Assembly: GCA_963727625.1 (NCBI GenBank)
Contig: CAVSHR010000004.1
Coordinates: 800,001 to 864,000 of the forward strand
DNA from: an uncultured delta proteobacterium
GTDB lineage: Bacteria > Desulfobacterota > Binatia > UBA9968
DNA length: 64,000 nt
Direction: 5' to 3'
A program made the position numbers and the translations under genes. Under the pieces are notes generated by a model. That model saw nothing but the letters and a program-made list of their open reading frames with translations, had not been told where the DNA came from and made no database searches. This document shows, piece by piece, positions 18,730-29,941 of the stretch (position 1 is the first letter of the stretch; each line of letters opens with the position of its first letter).

Positions 18730-20043
18730 GTGCAAATCTCATCGAGGGGAAGTTGGTCCGGTGCCGTAGGTTTTATCCTGGCATCCATGGGATCCGCCGT
18801 AGGCCTTGGCAACGTTTGGCGCTTTCCGTACATGACCGGGCAGTACGGCGGCGCCGCGTTCATTCTTCTTTATATCGTTTGCGTGCTGGCCGTCGGCATC
18901 CCACTCATGCTCGCCGAATTCCTCATCGGCAGAAAAACTCAACGCAACCCCGTCGGCGCGTTTAGAGCTCTCCGTCCCGGTTCGCCATGGGCGGTCACCG
19001 GCTGGCTCGGTGTCGTCAGTAGTTTTGTGATCCTGTCTTATTACGCCGTCGTGGGCGGCTGGGTTTTGCACTACGTTTATCTCTCGCTGATCGACTCCTT
19101 TACCGGCAAATCCCCCGAGCGACTCGCGGCGATTTTTACCAGCATGAGCGCCAGTCCCTGGCTGCAAATTTTAGGTCTGCTGATTTTTATGCTCCTCACC
19201 ATCATCATCGTTTCAGGCGGCGTATCGAAGGGCATCGAAATCGGCAACAAGATCATGATGCCCCTGCTCTTCGTGCTCCTGGTCGTTCTCCTTGTTTACG
19301 CGCTCCAGACCGATGGCGCCGCGGCGGGACTTGAATTTTTGCTGCGGCCGCAATGGCAAAAGTTAGGTCCTGCAGCATTTCTCGAAGCGCTGGGGCAGGC
19401 CCTTTTCTCTCTCAGCCTCGGCATGGGGGCGATGATGACCTATGGGAGTTATCTTTCGCGCCAAACCAATCTCGTCGGCTGCACGTTTTTTGTCGCGATC
19501 GGTGACACTCTGGTGGCGATACTTGCGGGGTTCGTGGTCTTTCCACTGGTCTTTACTTTCGGTCTCGAGCCGGGAGCCGGGCCGGGATTGATCTTTCAAA
19601 CTCTTCCCATTGCCTTTGCTTTACTGCCGGCCGGTTATTGGGTGGCTCTGGCTTTTTTTGTTCTTCTCAGCTTCGCCGCCGTCACCTCATCGATCTCGCT
19701 CCTCGAAGTGGCCTGCGCCTATTTTGTCGACGAGCAAGGATGGTCGCGCCAGCAAGCGAGTTGGACCTTGGGCGTGGTTATTTTTTTGCTCGGTATTCCA
19801 TCGGCGCTAACCACAGACTTCCTCGGTCTCATGGACGGGATCGCGACAAATTATCTGCTCCCGATTGGAGCGCTCCTGATCGCCGTTTTCACCGGATGGG
19901 CGCTCACACACCGAGAGCGAAAAGAAGAATTCAGCGCCGGCGAAGTCTCAGAGCTCCGCTTTGCCGGCTGGTCGCTTCTCATCCGCTTCGTGAGTCCCGT
20001 AGCCCTCATTCTGATCTTTCTTCATCAACTCCAAATATTTTAG
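18730..20043 (+). CDS. Sodium-dependent transporter, NSS/SNF family
   Basis: GSAVGLGNVWRFPY signature, FSLSLGMG, GPGLIF. Confidence 0.95.
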   Translation: MQISSRGSWSGAVGFILASMGSAVGLGNVWRFPYMTGQYGGAAFILLYIVCVLAVGIPLMLAEFLIGRKTQRNPVGAFRALRPGSPWAVTGWLGVVSSFVILSYYAVVGGWVLHYVYLSLIDSFTGKSPERLAAIFTSMSASPWLQILGLLIFMLLTIIIVSGGVSKGIEIGNKIMMPLLFVLLVVLLVYALQTDGAAAGLEFLLRPQWQKLGPAAFLEALGQALFSLSLGMGAMMTYGSYLSRQTNLVGCTFFVAIGDTLVAILAGFVVFPLVFTFGLEPGAGPGLIFQTLPIAFALLPAGYWVALAFFVLLSFAAVTSSISLLEVACAYFVDEQGWSRQQASWTLGVVIFLLGIPSALTTDFLGLMDGIATNYLLPIGALLIAVFTGWALTHRERKEEFSAGEVSELRFAGWSLLIRFVSPVALILIFLHQLQIF

Positions 20044-20266
20044 GACTGGAATCATCACCCACGCCGGTAAAATCAGCCTGTCTCAAAATGCGCGGGCGGG
20101 CATTCGTTGATCCAGGCTGAAAAACCTCCGGCGTCCGTCGGGCGTTTAAAAACACTTGTCCGTGTTGTAGTGTCTGGCTCCCCGGATCGGCTGCCCCTCC
20201 GCTGCTGTTTCGAAACACCGTTCGCTATGCGGTCGCAGGCCGAGGCCCGAAACTTGGCCCTACTCT

Positions 20267-21241
20267 TTATCGATAGAGCTGATCTATAAATCCTGACTTT
20301 TGGATCTCGTCGATCAAACTGGTGTCCCAGTGATCCTTCTCGCTCATTTGTTGCGCCTGCGGATAATCCAGGGCAACGAGGTCGAGCAACGCGCGCACCG
20401 CCTCCTTTTTTGGCCGCAAATCCTTTTCTACTCGAGTGGTTATCTCCCCGTAAAGGTACGCCATGATGTCGAGATCCGAATTACGTGTATATTTGGAAAA
20501 GATCTTCAGGCTTTCCTGCTTGTGCGTCTTTAGATAGTGAATGCCCTCAATATACGCTTTTAAAAATCGAACCAGTGCCGGCCGATTCTTCTGCGCCGTC
20601 GATTTCATCGTGCTGAGCCCGCCACCGACGTTATCGGCGTCGATCTTGGAGATAATTTTCATGCCCGCGCGCTCCGCGATCATGTCGGTCGGGGGAGTGA
20701 ACATCGTCGCGTGAATAACACCGCTCGAAAGCGCCGCGAGCCTTCCCGCAGGCCCTTCAGCTATCGGAAGAAACTTGACGTCTCTGCTGGCGTTCATACC
20801 GTTGTCGCGCAGAATTTTCACCACTCGCGAGTAGGCCGCGTCCCGGCCCTGAGTAATTCCAATGATTTTGCCCTTCAGGTCGCGCAGGCTTTTGAGATTG
20901 GGCTGTCCGACCATTGAATAACCTAGAGTATTGGTCGTCACCCCCAATTTGGTTATTTCCGCGCCTTTGAGAATCGCTGTGACCGAGCCAACGTCCGAGC
21001 CGATAATGAGATCGATGCTTCCCCCAATCAGAGCAGAAACGGTTCGCGAACCACCCCGGAGATAGATCAGCTCGACCTCGAGGCCGTGCTTTCTCCATAT
21101 CCCCTTGTCCGCAGTCACCCACGAAGGAGCGAAGCCCGTCGCCAACGAAGGAAATCCGACCCTGAAGGTTTCCGCTCGGAGCGAAGTTGCTCCAAACACC
21201 AAAGCAACGGTGACGACTAAAACACAAAACCAACGAATCAT
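20267..21241 (-). CDS. NitT/TauT family ABC substrate-binding protein
   Basis: Signal peptide MIRWFCVLVV after SD GGAGG; KHGLEVEL, DLKGKIIG, SGFIDQLY. Confidence 0.88.
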   Translation of the reverse strand: MIRWFCVLVVTVALVFGATSLRAETFRVGFPSLATGFAPSWVTADKGIWRKHGLEVELIYLRGGSRTVSALIGGSIDLIIGSDVGSVTAILKGAEITKLGVTTNTLGYSMVGQPNLKSLRDLKGKIIGITQGRDAAYSRVVKILRDNGMNASRDVKFLPIAEGPAGRLAALSSGVIHATMFTPPTDMIAERAGMKIISKIDADNVGGGLSTMKSTAQKNRPALVRFLKAYIEGIHYLKTHKQESLKIFSKYTRNSDLDIMAYLYGEITTRVEKDLRPKKEAVRALLDLVALDYPQAQQMSEKDHWDTSLIDEIQKSGFIDQLYR

Positions 21242-21485
21242 CCTGTACCTCCCTGTCCTCAAAAACCGAAACACGAGCAAAAGGTTCAAGCCATCCCAAC
21301 TACCGTGAACGCTTGAACCATTGAATTTTTCAAGCGGCACCTAATGTTTACGCCATCGCAGCCCACGCATGCAAATATTTTTCACAGATATTTTTTCGAT
21401 ACGCCGCCATCTGGCGGAAGACAACGGGTCGGGAGCATTTCTTGGTTCGCCTGCTACGATAAAGGGGTTGCTCGCTCACGGCCCC

Positions 21486-21692
21486 CTACAGTTCGTCTTC
21501 GGAAACTCCGGATACTTTGAAAAGGTATTTAAGGAGACCGATCTTCAGGGATGCGTTGCCGTGAATGGGTGCGGAAATGCGTGCCGGATTGCCGGCTTTA
21601 GCGTAGATGTGAAGACTGCCGGTCACTCGCTTTAGCTCCCAGCCGTGCTTTTCGAGTCACCGAGCGAAATCTTTTCCCGAGACGGTTTTCAA
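21486..21692 (-). pseudogene. hicA: HicA toxin pseudogene (in-frame TGA at codon 12)
   Basis: Hand translation MKTVSGKDFAR*LEKHGWELKRVTGSLHIYAKAGNPARISAPIHGNASLKIGLL...EDEL*; TTG start overlaps the hicB stop. Confidence 0.82.
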
Positions 21693-21892
21693 ACTGCGAT
21701 GTCTAAAACTTTGTCGTTGGCAGAGATCTGAATATCCTTAACGTCAACCGAAAGGCAACCTTCGACAGCCTCATAAATATTTTTCAAAAGCTCATCGAAG
21801 GTGTCTCCCTGCGTCGCACAGCCCGCAATGGCGGGGACTTCAGCCCAGTAACCGCCCTCTTCAGCCTCATGTACGATGACCTTGAGTTTCAT
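21689..21892 (-). CDS. hicB: HicB family antitoxin (short form)
   Basis: EEGGYWAEVPAIAGCATQGDTFDE...NIYEAV signature. Confidence 0.9.
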   Translation of the reverse strand: MKLKVIVHEAEEGGYWAEVPAIAGCATQGDTFDELLKNIYEAVEGCLSVDVKDIQISANDKVLDIAV

Positions 21893-22022
21893 ATTCTCTC
21901 TATCTTCTGTTTTTTCCTGTCAGTCGATACTATCTATTTGAAATCCCAACAGTGCGGCAATCGGTCACACTCGACGACTTCTCTGCTTCTTCGGCTGGGT
22001 TGTCAAACTTCTCATTGTTTTC

Positions 22023-24527
22023 TCATTCCCGAAAATATTCTCGATCCGTCGGTTCCCGCTCGCGCTGCTCGCGCTTCTGTCGCAAAATCTCCAACAGCCG
22101 CTGGCGCTCGCGTTGCCTGGCGATGGTCCGTTGCTCTTCCGGATCGCTGCCTAAGGCTCCATGGTTTTTCATCTCCTCGGGTCGCGGCGCTTCGCCCTCC
22201 AGCTCGCGCCGAGGCGCACGCGGCGGCAGGGGGCGCGGTCCGGTCCGATTGCCAAACAGCCAATCGCTGAGCAGCTCGATCCAATCCTTGGCCGCATCCA
22301 AATAGGGCTCCAAAGTAGAATCCCGCGGTCTGGCGAACGGGAACCCGACGCCCTCGGCGATCAATCGCGAGGCGAGCGCTTGCTGAAAGAAATCGCCAAC
22401 CACGAGCAAAGCGTTATGGGCGCCCTGGCCCCAATAATTGCTGCGCATGGTAACGCGGGGGTCATTAAAACCGACCCACGCCCCGGCGACCAGCCGCGGA
22501 TGCATCAAGATGAACCAGCCATCGGTATTGTTTTGGGTAGTGCCAGTTTTCCCGGCGACATCGGCGCGCACGCCGAATTGCGTTCGCACCGCTTGCCCGG
22601 TGCCGATGTCCACCGCGCCGCGCAACATGTCGATCAAATATCCGACTGTTTCGTAGGATAGGACGTGCTTTTTCTCGGCCTTGAATTGGGCTAGCACGTT
22701 ACCGTTCTTGTCGGTGATACGGGTGACGAAAATCGGCTGGCGGTAATCGCCGAGCGAAGCGACGGTGCCGTACGCGGAGACCATTTCCAACGGAGTAACC
22801 GGACTGGTGCCGAGGGCCAACGAGGGCACCTCGTCGAGCTTGCTTTGGTTGACCCCCATGCGGCGCGCAAGGTCCGCCGTTTTTTTCGGGCCAACTGCCT
22901 GCATGACCTGCGCGGTGATGGTGTTCTTTGAATAGATGAGACCTTCGCGCGCGGTCATCCGCCGGCCGCTCGGCTGGGATTGATCGGAGGGGCGCCAGAC
23001 GGTGCCGTCCGGCAGGGGAATTTCCACTGCGCGGTCGGTGAAACGTTGGTCGGGCGACATTCCCTGCTCGAGTGCCGCGCCGTAAACAAACAGTTTAAAC
23101 GTCGAACCGGGCTGCCGCCTGGCCTGCGCCACATGATCGAACGGGTCGGTGGTGAAATCGCGGCTGCCGACCCAAGCCTTCACCTGGCCGGTGGCGGGAT
23201 CGATCGCCACAAAGCCCGCCTGCAAACGCGTTTTTTCGGCGCGCAATTTAACCATAAATTCCCGGTTCATCTTCAGCTGCTTGATGGCGGCTTCAGGGGC
23301 CGTACCGGCCCCAATCGCGCTGCGGTAAGCGGCGGATTCCCGGATAAACACGTCGATCAGGTTGGCTTTGGTTCTCCAGAAATAGGCGAAAGGCTGCACC
23401 CGCCGGCGCATGTCGACATACGCGTTCTTGTTCGTCGATATCAATCGCGCGGAGCCCAGCCCCCACTCGACGTCCGCGACCGCCTGCAAGGCTCCCATCT
23501 GCCGCCGGACGGCTCGGTTGGCCACCGCCTGCAAACGGGAGTCGATCGTCGTGTAGACAATCAGTCCATCGGAATAAATGTCGCGGTCGTTACGGTCCGC
23601 CCAGTCGATCAGCCATCGACGAATCTGCACGGCTAGATGAGGGGCGGAGCCGAGGCCATCCGGCTGGCGCTCAAACGCAAGGCGTATCGGCCGGGTCTTC
23701 AGCCGATCGAAATCGACCCGGCGCAACGCCCCGTATTTGACCATTTGCGACAACACCAAGTTGCGGCGCTTCAAAGCGCGCTCGGGATTAAGCACCGGGT
23801 TGTAGTAGCTGGTGCCTTTCAACATGGCGATCAGGGTGGCGCTTTCGAGGATATTGAGTTTTTGCGCCGGCTTATCGAAGTAGGTGCGCGCCGCCATTTC
23901 GATGCCGAACGCGTTGTACAAAAACGGAATCGTGTTGAGATAGGTTTCCAAGATATCTTTCTTGCTGTAGGCATATTCGATTTTGATCGCCGTGATCGTC
24001 TCCTTGATTTTCCGGGTGAGTGTCCGTTTGCGGCCGATCTCCTCCGGATAAAGATTGCGCGCGAGTTGCTGGGTGAGCGTGGAACCGCCCTCCGGATCAC
24101 CGATCAAGGTGCGTAGGATGCCCATCGCGGTGCGCCGCAAATCAACGCCGTGGTGGCGGTAAAAGCGGTGATCCTCCGTGGCGATCAGCGCGTTAATGAC
24201 ATACGGCGAGACTTGACCTAAGCGAACCCACTCGCGGTTCATCGGCGCAAGAGTCGCCAGCCGCTTGCCATCGGAGGAAATCAGCACGCTGGGTTGGTGA
24301 ATTTTCGCTTTTTTTATGTCCGAAATACTCGGTGTGAAGGGTATCAAAACTATCGTGTAAGCGGACAAGAGCACCAGGGCACCCGCTCCCAACGCGGCCA
24401 GTCCTTTCGCACCATGAATAATCCTCGCGCGCAGAGTCAAGCTCGGATCGATTGCGGCTCTGAAGTAACCGGCGAGCCGCCGGTGCCAGCGTCTATGCGG
24501 ATCGAGAGGCGGTGCGTCTTCAGCCAC
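22023..24527 (-). CDS. Class A penicillin-binding protein (PBP1A family)
   Basis: Transglycosylase EDHRFY, GGSTLTQQL, RKIKE; transpeptidase STFK, SKN, KTGT. Confidence 0.93.
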   Translation of the reverse strand: MAEDAPPLDPHRRWHRRLAGYFRAAIDPSLTLRARIIHGAKGLAALGAGALVLLSAYTIVLIPFTPSISDIKKAKIHQPSVLISSDGKRLATLAPMNREWVRLGQVSPYVINALIATEDHRFYRHHGVDLRRTAMGILRTLIGDPEGGSTLTQQLARNLYPEEIGRKRTLTRKIKETITAIKIEYAYSKKDILETYLNTIPFLYNAFGIEMAARTYFDKPAQKLNILESATLIAMLKGTSYYNPVLNPERALKRRNLVLSQMVKYGALRRVDFDRLKTRPIRLAFERQPDGLGSAPHLAVQIRRWLIDWADRNDRDIYSDGLIVYTTIDSRLQAVANRAVRRQMGALQAVADVEWGLGSARLISTNKNAYVDMRRRVQPFAYFWRTKANLIDVFIRESAAYRSAIGAGTAPEAAIKQLKMNREFMVKLRAEKTRLQAGFVAIDPATGQVKAWVGSRDFTTDPFDHVAQARRQPGSTFKLFVYGAALEQGMSPDQRFTDRAVEIPLPDGTVWRPSDQSQPSGRRMTAREGLIYSKNTITAQVMQAVGPKKTADLARRMGVNQSKLDEVPSLALGTSPVTPLEMVSAYGTVASLGDYRQPIFVTRITDKNGNVLAQFKAEKKHVLSYETVGYLIDMLRGAVDIGTGQAVRTQFGVRADVAGKTGTTQNNTDGWFILMHPRLVAGAWVGFNDPRVTMRSNYWGQGAHNALLVVGDFFQQALASRLIAEGVGFPFARPRDSTLEPYLDAAKDWIELLSDWLFGNRTGPRPLPPRAPRRELEGEAPRPEEMKNHGALGSDPEEQRTIARQRERQRLLEILRQKREQREREPTDREYFRE

Positions 24528-25217
24528 TATTGTTCCCTTTAAATACGACTAAATATTTACCGAAACCGATACGAAACCCAAGGCGCATGCATTTTTAAAG
24601 CGTGCAACCCCTCGCGCCTGATAGCGCCGCACGAACCTGAATCATTCTACCAGTATAACCGACTCTTGCTGCCCATTCAGCAGCGCGCAAAAGACCCTTC
24701 TGACCGGAACCATCCCATCGGAAAGTTAATCGATCGGAGCGACCCCAGCGGTCTGCCACGCAGGAATAGCGCGTACGTTTAGACGAACGGATCGTGAAAT
24801 AAGTTAATGACGGTAGCCCGGCGGCCGGAATTTTTTGACGAGAAACCGATTGACTTTAGGCGCTAGAATCGTTCCGAGTTAATTAGATCGGCGTGGTTCC
24901 AGTAGTCCCAAACGCTCGACACATTGCAGCCGTTTTAGAACCAATGGTGCGGCCAGCCGAGAATTTCGAATCCACGCCAAACGGTATGATCTGCGTGATT
25001 TTTTCATTTGCTATTGGCTTTGACCTCGGCAAGGGTCGGTGGCTGTAGCAGGCTGCCTGCGGTGTCAAAAAATAAAAGAAGCCGCTGCTCGGCCGATCCC
25101 CGCGCGGCAGCTTCGCGGCTCAGGCAAAAACGCCGGCCTGGAATCGCTTGATTGCTTGACAGATACGCCCTTTCCCCTATTAACTAAGGCGGATCTCGAA
25201 AGGACATAACTGGCTTT

Positions 25218-26429
25218 ATGGCATCCCCCGCAACAAATAAAAGGCTCAAGCTAGGCATCGTTGGCATCGGCGTCGGTGCATCCGAAATTTTGCCGGCAAT
25301 GGAGCAGATTCCGGAATTTGAACTGGTTGCCGCTGCCGATGTCAATCCGCGCGTGTTGGAGACCTTTCGCCAACGCTACGGCGCCAGGACTTACGATAGC
25401 GTCGAGAATCTCTGCGCCGACCCCGATATCGAAGCGGTTTGGGTATCGACACCAAATAAATTCCACGCCGCCCACACGATCATCGCCGCCAACGCCGGCA
25501 AGCATGTGGTGGTCGAGAAGCCCATGGCGATCTCGCTGGAGGAAGCCGAGCGGATGATTGAGGCGTCGATCAAAAACAAGATCAAGCTGCTGTGCGGCCA
25601 TACGCAGAGCTTCGGCCCGCATATCCGCACCATGCGGAAAATCATTCGATCGGGTGAGCTCGGCCGCCTTTGCGCCCTCCACGTCTGGGCCTATACGGAC
25701 TGGATGCTCCGTCCGCGCACCGCCGAAGAGCTGGACATCAACCAGGGCGGGGGCGTGCCCTACCGCCAAGGCCCGCACCAGATCGACACCCTGCGCCTGC
25801 TCGGCGGTGGCTTGGTGCGCAGCGTGCGCGGCTCAACCGGCCAATGGTTCAAGGGGCGGCCGATTCCCGGCTATTATTCCGGGTTCCTGGAATTCGAAGA
25901 CGGCACCCCGGCAACCTTGATGCACAACGGTTACGGCTACTTCCTTGCGTCCGAATTGGTGCCCTGGGGCGGGCAAAACAGCCGCTACAGCGAAGCCGAG
26001 CGAGCGAAGATCCGCCGGTCGCTCCTCGACGGCACACGCGACGAAAACGCCGATAAAGATGCCATGCGCATCGGCGGCGCCAACGAAAGAGAAGTCCGCG
26101 ACCGAAGCAAGGTAAAACCCTGGCTGCCCAACGATCTGGGCATACTGATCGCGACCTGTGAGAAAGGCGACATTCGCCAGTCCCGGTACGGCTTGTTCGT
26201 TCACTGCGATGAAGGAACCAAGGACGTGCCGCTGATCGGCGGTGGCGGCCCGGCGCGGCGCGGCGAGCTGATGGAACTTTACAATGCCGTCGTGCTCGAC
26301 CAGCCGATTCGCCACACCGGTCCCTGGGGCATGGCCACGCTGGAAGTCTGCCTGGCGCTCATCCAATCGGCCAAAGAGAGAAAAGAAATTTTTTTAAAGC
26401 ATCAGGTGTCCGCGCCGGAGGGAGATTGA
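25218..26429 (+). CDS. Gfo/Idh/MocA oxidoreductase (phthalate cis-dihydrodiol dehydrogenase-like)
   Basis: GIVGIG, AGKHVVVEKPMA, GGGVPYRQGPHQID. Confidence 0.85.
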   Translation: MASPATNKRLKLGIVGIGVGASEILPAMEQIPEFELVAAADVNPRVLETFRQRYGARTYDSVENLCADPDIEAVWVSTPNKFHAAHTIIAANAGKHVVVEKPMAISLEEAERMIEASIKNKIKLLCGHTQSFGPHIRTMRKIIRSGELGRLCALHVWAYTDWMLRPRTAEELDINQGGGVPYRQGPHQIDTLRLLGGGLVRSVRGSTGQWFKGRPIPGYYSGFLEFEDGTPATLMHNGYGYFLASELVPWGGQNSRYSEAERAKIRRSLLDGTRDENADKDAMRIGGANEREVRDRSKVKPWLPNDLGILIATCEKGDIRQSRYGLFVHCDEGTKDVPLIGGGGPARRGELMELYNAVVLDQPIRHTGPWGMATLEVCLALIQSAKERKEIFLKHQVSAPEGD

Positions 26430-26526
26430 GAACCACCCGTTCAAATGGTTCAAAACGTTCCAGCCGTTCAAGTCGTAAATCGTCAGGTCAACGAATTCTG
26501 TAGTCACAGGTAAACAAGGAGTTTCT

Positions 26527-27507
26527 ATGTACAATGGACAAACCGTCGTCGATGTTCACGGCCACATGACCACGCCTGCGGTGTTTCGCCAGTTCCTGGC
26601 TGAAACCGTTTCGCAGAACACCCCCGGGCGCAAGCTCGATCTTTCCGACGAGCAGCTCGAAGCCGCGCAGCAGCGCCATTTGAAATTCATGAACGATCGG
26701 AATATCGATGTCCAGCTCATCGGCCCCCGTCCTATCGCCATGTGGCACTGGATGCGTCCGTTCCTGCAAGAGTACTGGGCTTACATGACCAATAATGTGA
26801 TCGCACGCATCGTCAAGCTCCACCCCGAGCGTTTTCGCGGCATGGCGCAGTTACCCCAGTCCAAAGAGAAGGACACGCGCAATTGCCTGCCGGAGTTCGA
26901 GCGTTGCATCAAAGAGCTCGGCTTCGTCGGCGCCTATCTGAACCCGGACCCGGCCGGCGACAAACAGACGCCGGGAGTGCATGAGGAGTACTGGCACCCG
27001 CTCTACGACAAGGCGGTGCAATTGGATGTCCCGCTGATGGTGCATCCCTCGATCACCTACGATCGGAGACTGGAAATCATCCCCGCCAACTACCAGATGA
27101 ACAATTATCTGGAGGAATTCGTCGCCATGCAGCTTTACTCGCATAGCAAGATTTTTCAGACCTTCCCCAAACTTAAGATCGTCATCTGCCACTGCGGCGG
27201 CGGCTTGAATCGCTTTATCCCGACCGACCACCATGTTGGCCAGGGTGATTTCAGCCAAAATCTTTTTTACGACTCCTGTGTATACGACCGCAATTATCTC
27301 GAAGCCGGGATCAAACAGCGCGGCGTCGATCAGATTCTTTTCGGCACCGAATCACCCGGCTCCGGCGGCGCCGTTCGTCCGGACACCGGCAAGCCCTCCG
27401 ACGATATGATTCCGGTGATCGACGACCTGGGGTTTCTGAGCCCGGAAGACAAACTCAAAATCTTCCAGAAGAATCCGTTAAAGGTGTTCACGAAGGTGAA
27501 AATTTAG
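26527..27507 (+). CDS. Amidohydrolase_2 family protein (LigJ/4-oxalomesaconate hydratase-like)
   Basis: DVHGH, GMAQLPQ, LNPDP, ICHCGG, FGTESPG. Confidence 0.82.
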   Translation: MYNGQTVVDVHGHMTTPAVFRQFLAETVSQNTPGRKLDLSDEQLEAAQQRHLKFMNDRNIDVQLIGPRPIAMWHWMRPFLQEYWAYMTNNVIARIVKLHPERFRGMAQLPQSKEKDTRNCLPEFERCIKELGFVGAYLNPDPAGDKQTPGVHEEYWHPLYDKAVQLDVPLMVHPSITYDRRLEIIPANYQMNNYLEEFVAMQLYSHSKIFQTFPKLKIVICHCGGGLNRFIPTDHHVGQGDFSQNLFYDSCVYDRNYLEAGIKQRGVDQILFGTESPGSGGAVRPDTGKPSDDMIPVIDDLGFLSPEDKLKIFQKNPLKVFTKVKI

Positions 27508-27712
27508 TGTGCAGGCTCGCAGTTCCTTGAACATCAACTTCGTTCCGGACTTCGCCCGACTGTCAATTTGCGGTGAAGCCGAATAATCTGATCTTTCGGC
27601 TTCATAATCCGTGCAATGAACCGGCCATTTTAAGCTCTGAAAAGCAGATCCTTCGCTTTCAGCTCAGGATGACGGATAATCAAGTTCAAACAACGCGCAA
27701 TTGGAGAACTCA

Positions 27713-29941
27713 ATGGCTTACAAAAATCTAAACAGAGCGATTCCCCGAATCGAAGGCGCCGATAAAGTCGCAGGCAAGATGCGTTATGCCGCGGATATAT
27801 CATTCCCCGCCGCGCTGTCGGCGAGGATTCTGCGCACTTCGCTGCCCCATGCGCGCATTCTGGCCATCGACACAAGCAAGGCGGTGAAGTTGCCGGGGGT
27901 GCGCGGGATCATCACCGGCGCCGATGTCGCCGGCGTGATGGTCGGCTTGAGAATGAAAGACATGCCACTGTTGGCTCAGGATGTGGTTCGCTACGTCGGC
28001 GAGCCGGTCGCTGCCGTGGCGGCGGATAACGACGAGATCGCCGAAGAGGCGTTGAATCTGATCGACGTTCAATATCAAGATCTGCCGTTTGTCACCGATC
28101 CCCTCGAGGCGATCCGTCCGGGCGCGCCAGTGCTGCACCAGAACCCTGCCGGTTACAAAAACGCGCCGGAACGAGATACGGAACTCCCCAACGTGCAATC
28201 TTACGGCAAATGGTCCAACGGCGATCTTGGCGCCGGCTTCCAAAAAGCCGCGCGGATTTTCGAGCATACTTTTCGCACCCCGCTGGGTTTTCACGGCTAC
28301 ATCGAACCCCAAGCCTGCACGGTGCAGCTCAACGACGACGGCCGCGTCGAGATCTGGGCCTCGAACAAAGCTCCGTTCACGCTGCGCAGCCGCTTCGCGC
28401 GCGATCTCGGTCTCGACGAGGCTAAAGTCAAAGTTCATATCCTTCCGGTCGGAGGGGACTTCGGTGGCAAGACTTCTGTAGTCGAAGCGCCGGTTTGTTA
28501 TTTTCTCGCCAAGAAGACCGGCAAGCCGGTGCGTATGGTGCTTGAGTACACCGAAGAACTGACCGCTATTTCCCATCGCCATCCCGCCGTGATCACGCTG
28601 CGCACGGGCGTCGACCGCGACGGCAAACTGACCGCCATGCAAGTCAGGGCGGTTTTCAGCGGCGGCGGCTACGCCGCGCTCAAGGCCAACGCCGAGGTCA
28701 CGGTTCAGGGACCGCGCCGCGCCGCGAGTTATTACCGCATCCCGGCAATCCAGGTCGAAACCCTTTGTGTTTATACCAATCAGGTTCCCTGCACCCAGAC
28801 GCGCACGCCGGGCAGTCCGCAGACGACCTTCGCGGTGGAATCGCACATCGACATCATCGCCCGCGAGCTGAGTATGGACCCCGTCGAGTTCCGCATGAAG
28901 AATTTGCTCAACGACGGCGACCCGACACCCTTCGGACAAAAATTAAAAGGCATCGTCGTCAAGGAAACTCTCAAGAAAGCGCTCGACACCGCCGGATGGA
29001 AAAAACCCAAGGCGAAAAATATCGGTCGCGGCGTGGCGGTTTACGAACGGCCTTCAGGCGCGGGCAAATCCGGCGCTGCGATTACGATTGAAAACAATGG
29101 CGGCGTCAGCGTGAATTTAGGCGTGCCCGACGTCGGCCCCGGCATTCACACCGTGGTGCAGCAGATCGTCAGCGAAGTGCTCGAGCTGCCCCGGGAACGG
29201 GTCAAGATCGTCGTCGGTGACACCGACAGCTCCCCGTACGATTCCGGAACCGGCGGCAGCAAATCGACCAACAGCGTCGGCACCGCCGCATACCAGGCGG
29301 TCAACGAAGTTAAAGAAAAACTCCTTGCCCTCGCCGCGGAGCGCCTCGGCTGCAAGCCTGAAGAAATACAAGCGGCGAATGGCCGTTACACCTCTCCCGG
29401 GCGCAAGGCGATGCCGTTCAGCGATGTGATCGCTGTCGCGCTCGAACAAAACGGCGCGTCAATCACACACCTGAGCGTCTACGAGCCATCGCGCGCGCCG
29501 ATCACGTCTTTTGCCGCGCAGGTCGCCGAAGTCGAGGTCGACCCCGGCACCGGCCAAGTCAAGGTAAAAAAACTGACCACGGTGCACGATTCCGGCACCG
29601 TTTTGAATCATCTGAGCTACACCGGGCAGATCGACGGCGGCGTGATCACCGGCATGGGCTTCGCTCTGATGGAAGACAACTCCCTGGTCGATGGCAAAAT
29701 GCTGACCGCCAACCTCGGTGAATTTAAAATGGCCACGATTGCCGACGTGCCGAAGCTCACAACTGTGCTCATGGAAGGCGCCAACGGGCCGATCCCCTAC
29801 CAGGGCAAAGCCATCGCGGAGATCCCGAACGTACCCACCGCGGCAGCGATAGCGAATGCCGTCCAAGACGCTGTCGGCGTGCGCTTATTCGACCTGCCGC
29901 TCACATCGGAAAAGATTTACGCTGCGATCCATAACAAATAG
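27713..29941 (+). CDS. Xanthine dehydrogenase family molybdopterin-binding subunit
   Basis: PHARI, HGYIEP, GGDFGGK, EVEVDPGTG, GQIDGG, AIANA. Confidence 0.92.
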   Translation: MAYKNLNRAIPRIEGADKVAGKMRYAADISFPAALSARILRTSLPHARILAIDTSKAVKLPGVRGIITGADVAGVMVGLRMKDMPLLAQDVVRYVGEPVAAVAADNDEIAEEALNLIDVQYQDLPFVTDPLEAIRPGAPVLHQNPAGYKNAPERDTELPNVQSYGKWSNGDLGAGFQKAARIFEHTFRTPLGFHGYIEPQACTVQLNDDGRVEIWASNKAPFTLRSRFARDLGLDEAKVKVHILPVGGDFGGKTSVVEAPVCYFLAKKTGKPVRMVLEYTEELTAISHRHPAVITLRTGVDRDGKLTAMQVRAVFSGGGYAALKANAEVTVQGPRRAASYYRIPAIQVETLCVYTNQVPCTQTRTPGSPQTTFAVESHIDIIARELSMDPVEFRMKNLLNDGDPTPFGQKLKGIVVKETLKKALDTAGWKKPKAKNIGRGVAVYERPSGAGKSGAAITIENNGGVSVNLGVPDVGPGIHTVVQQIVSEVLELPRERVKIVVGDTDSSPYDSGTGGSKSTNSVGTAAYQAVNEVKEKLLALAAERLGCKPEEIQAANGRYTSPGRKAMPFSDVIAVALEQNGASITHLSVYEPSRAPITSFAAQVAEVEVDPGTGQVKVKKLTTVHDSGTVLNHLSYTGQIDGGVITGMGFALMEDNSLVDGKMLTANLGEFKMATIADVPKLTTVLMEGANGPIPYQGKAIAEIPNVPTAAAIANAVQDAVGVRLFDLPLTSEKIYAAIHNK

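Noticed and set aside
21657-21659. Selenocysteine or readthrough at the hicA TGA
   Set aside because: Not a Cys-equivalent position, no evident SECIS, and the catalytic His is also lost; pseudogene is simpler
24530-25215. 690-bp intergenic region as ncRNA, tRNA or riboswitch
   Set aside because: No cloverleaf or known riboswitch consensus recognised; an Rfam search would be needed
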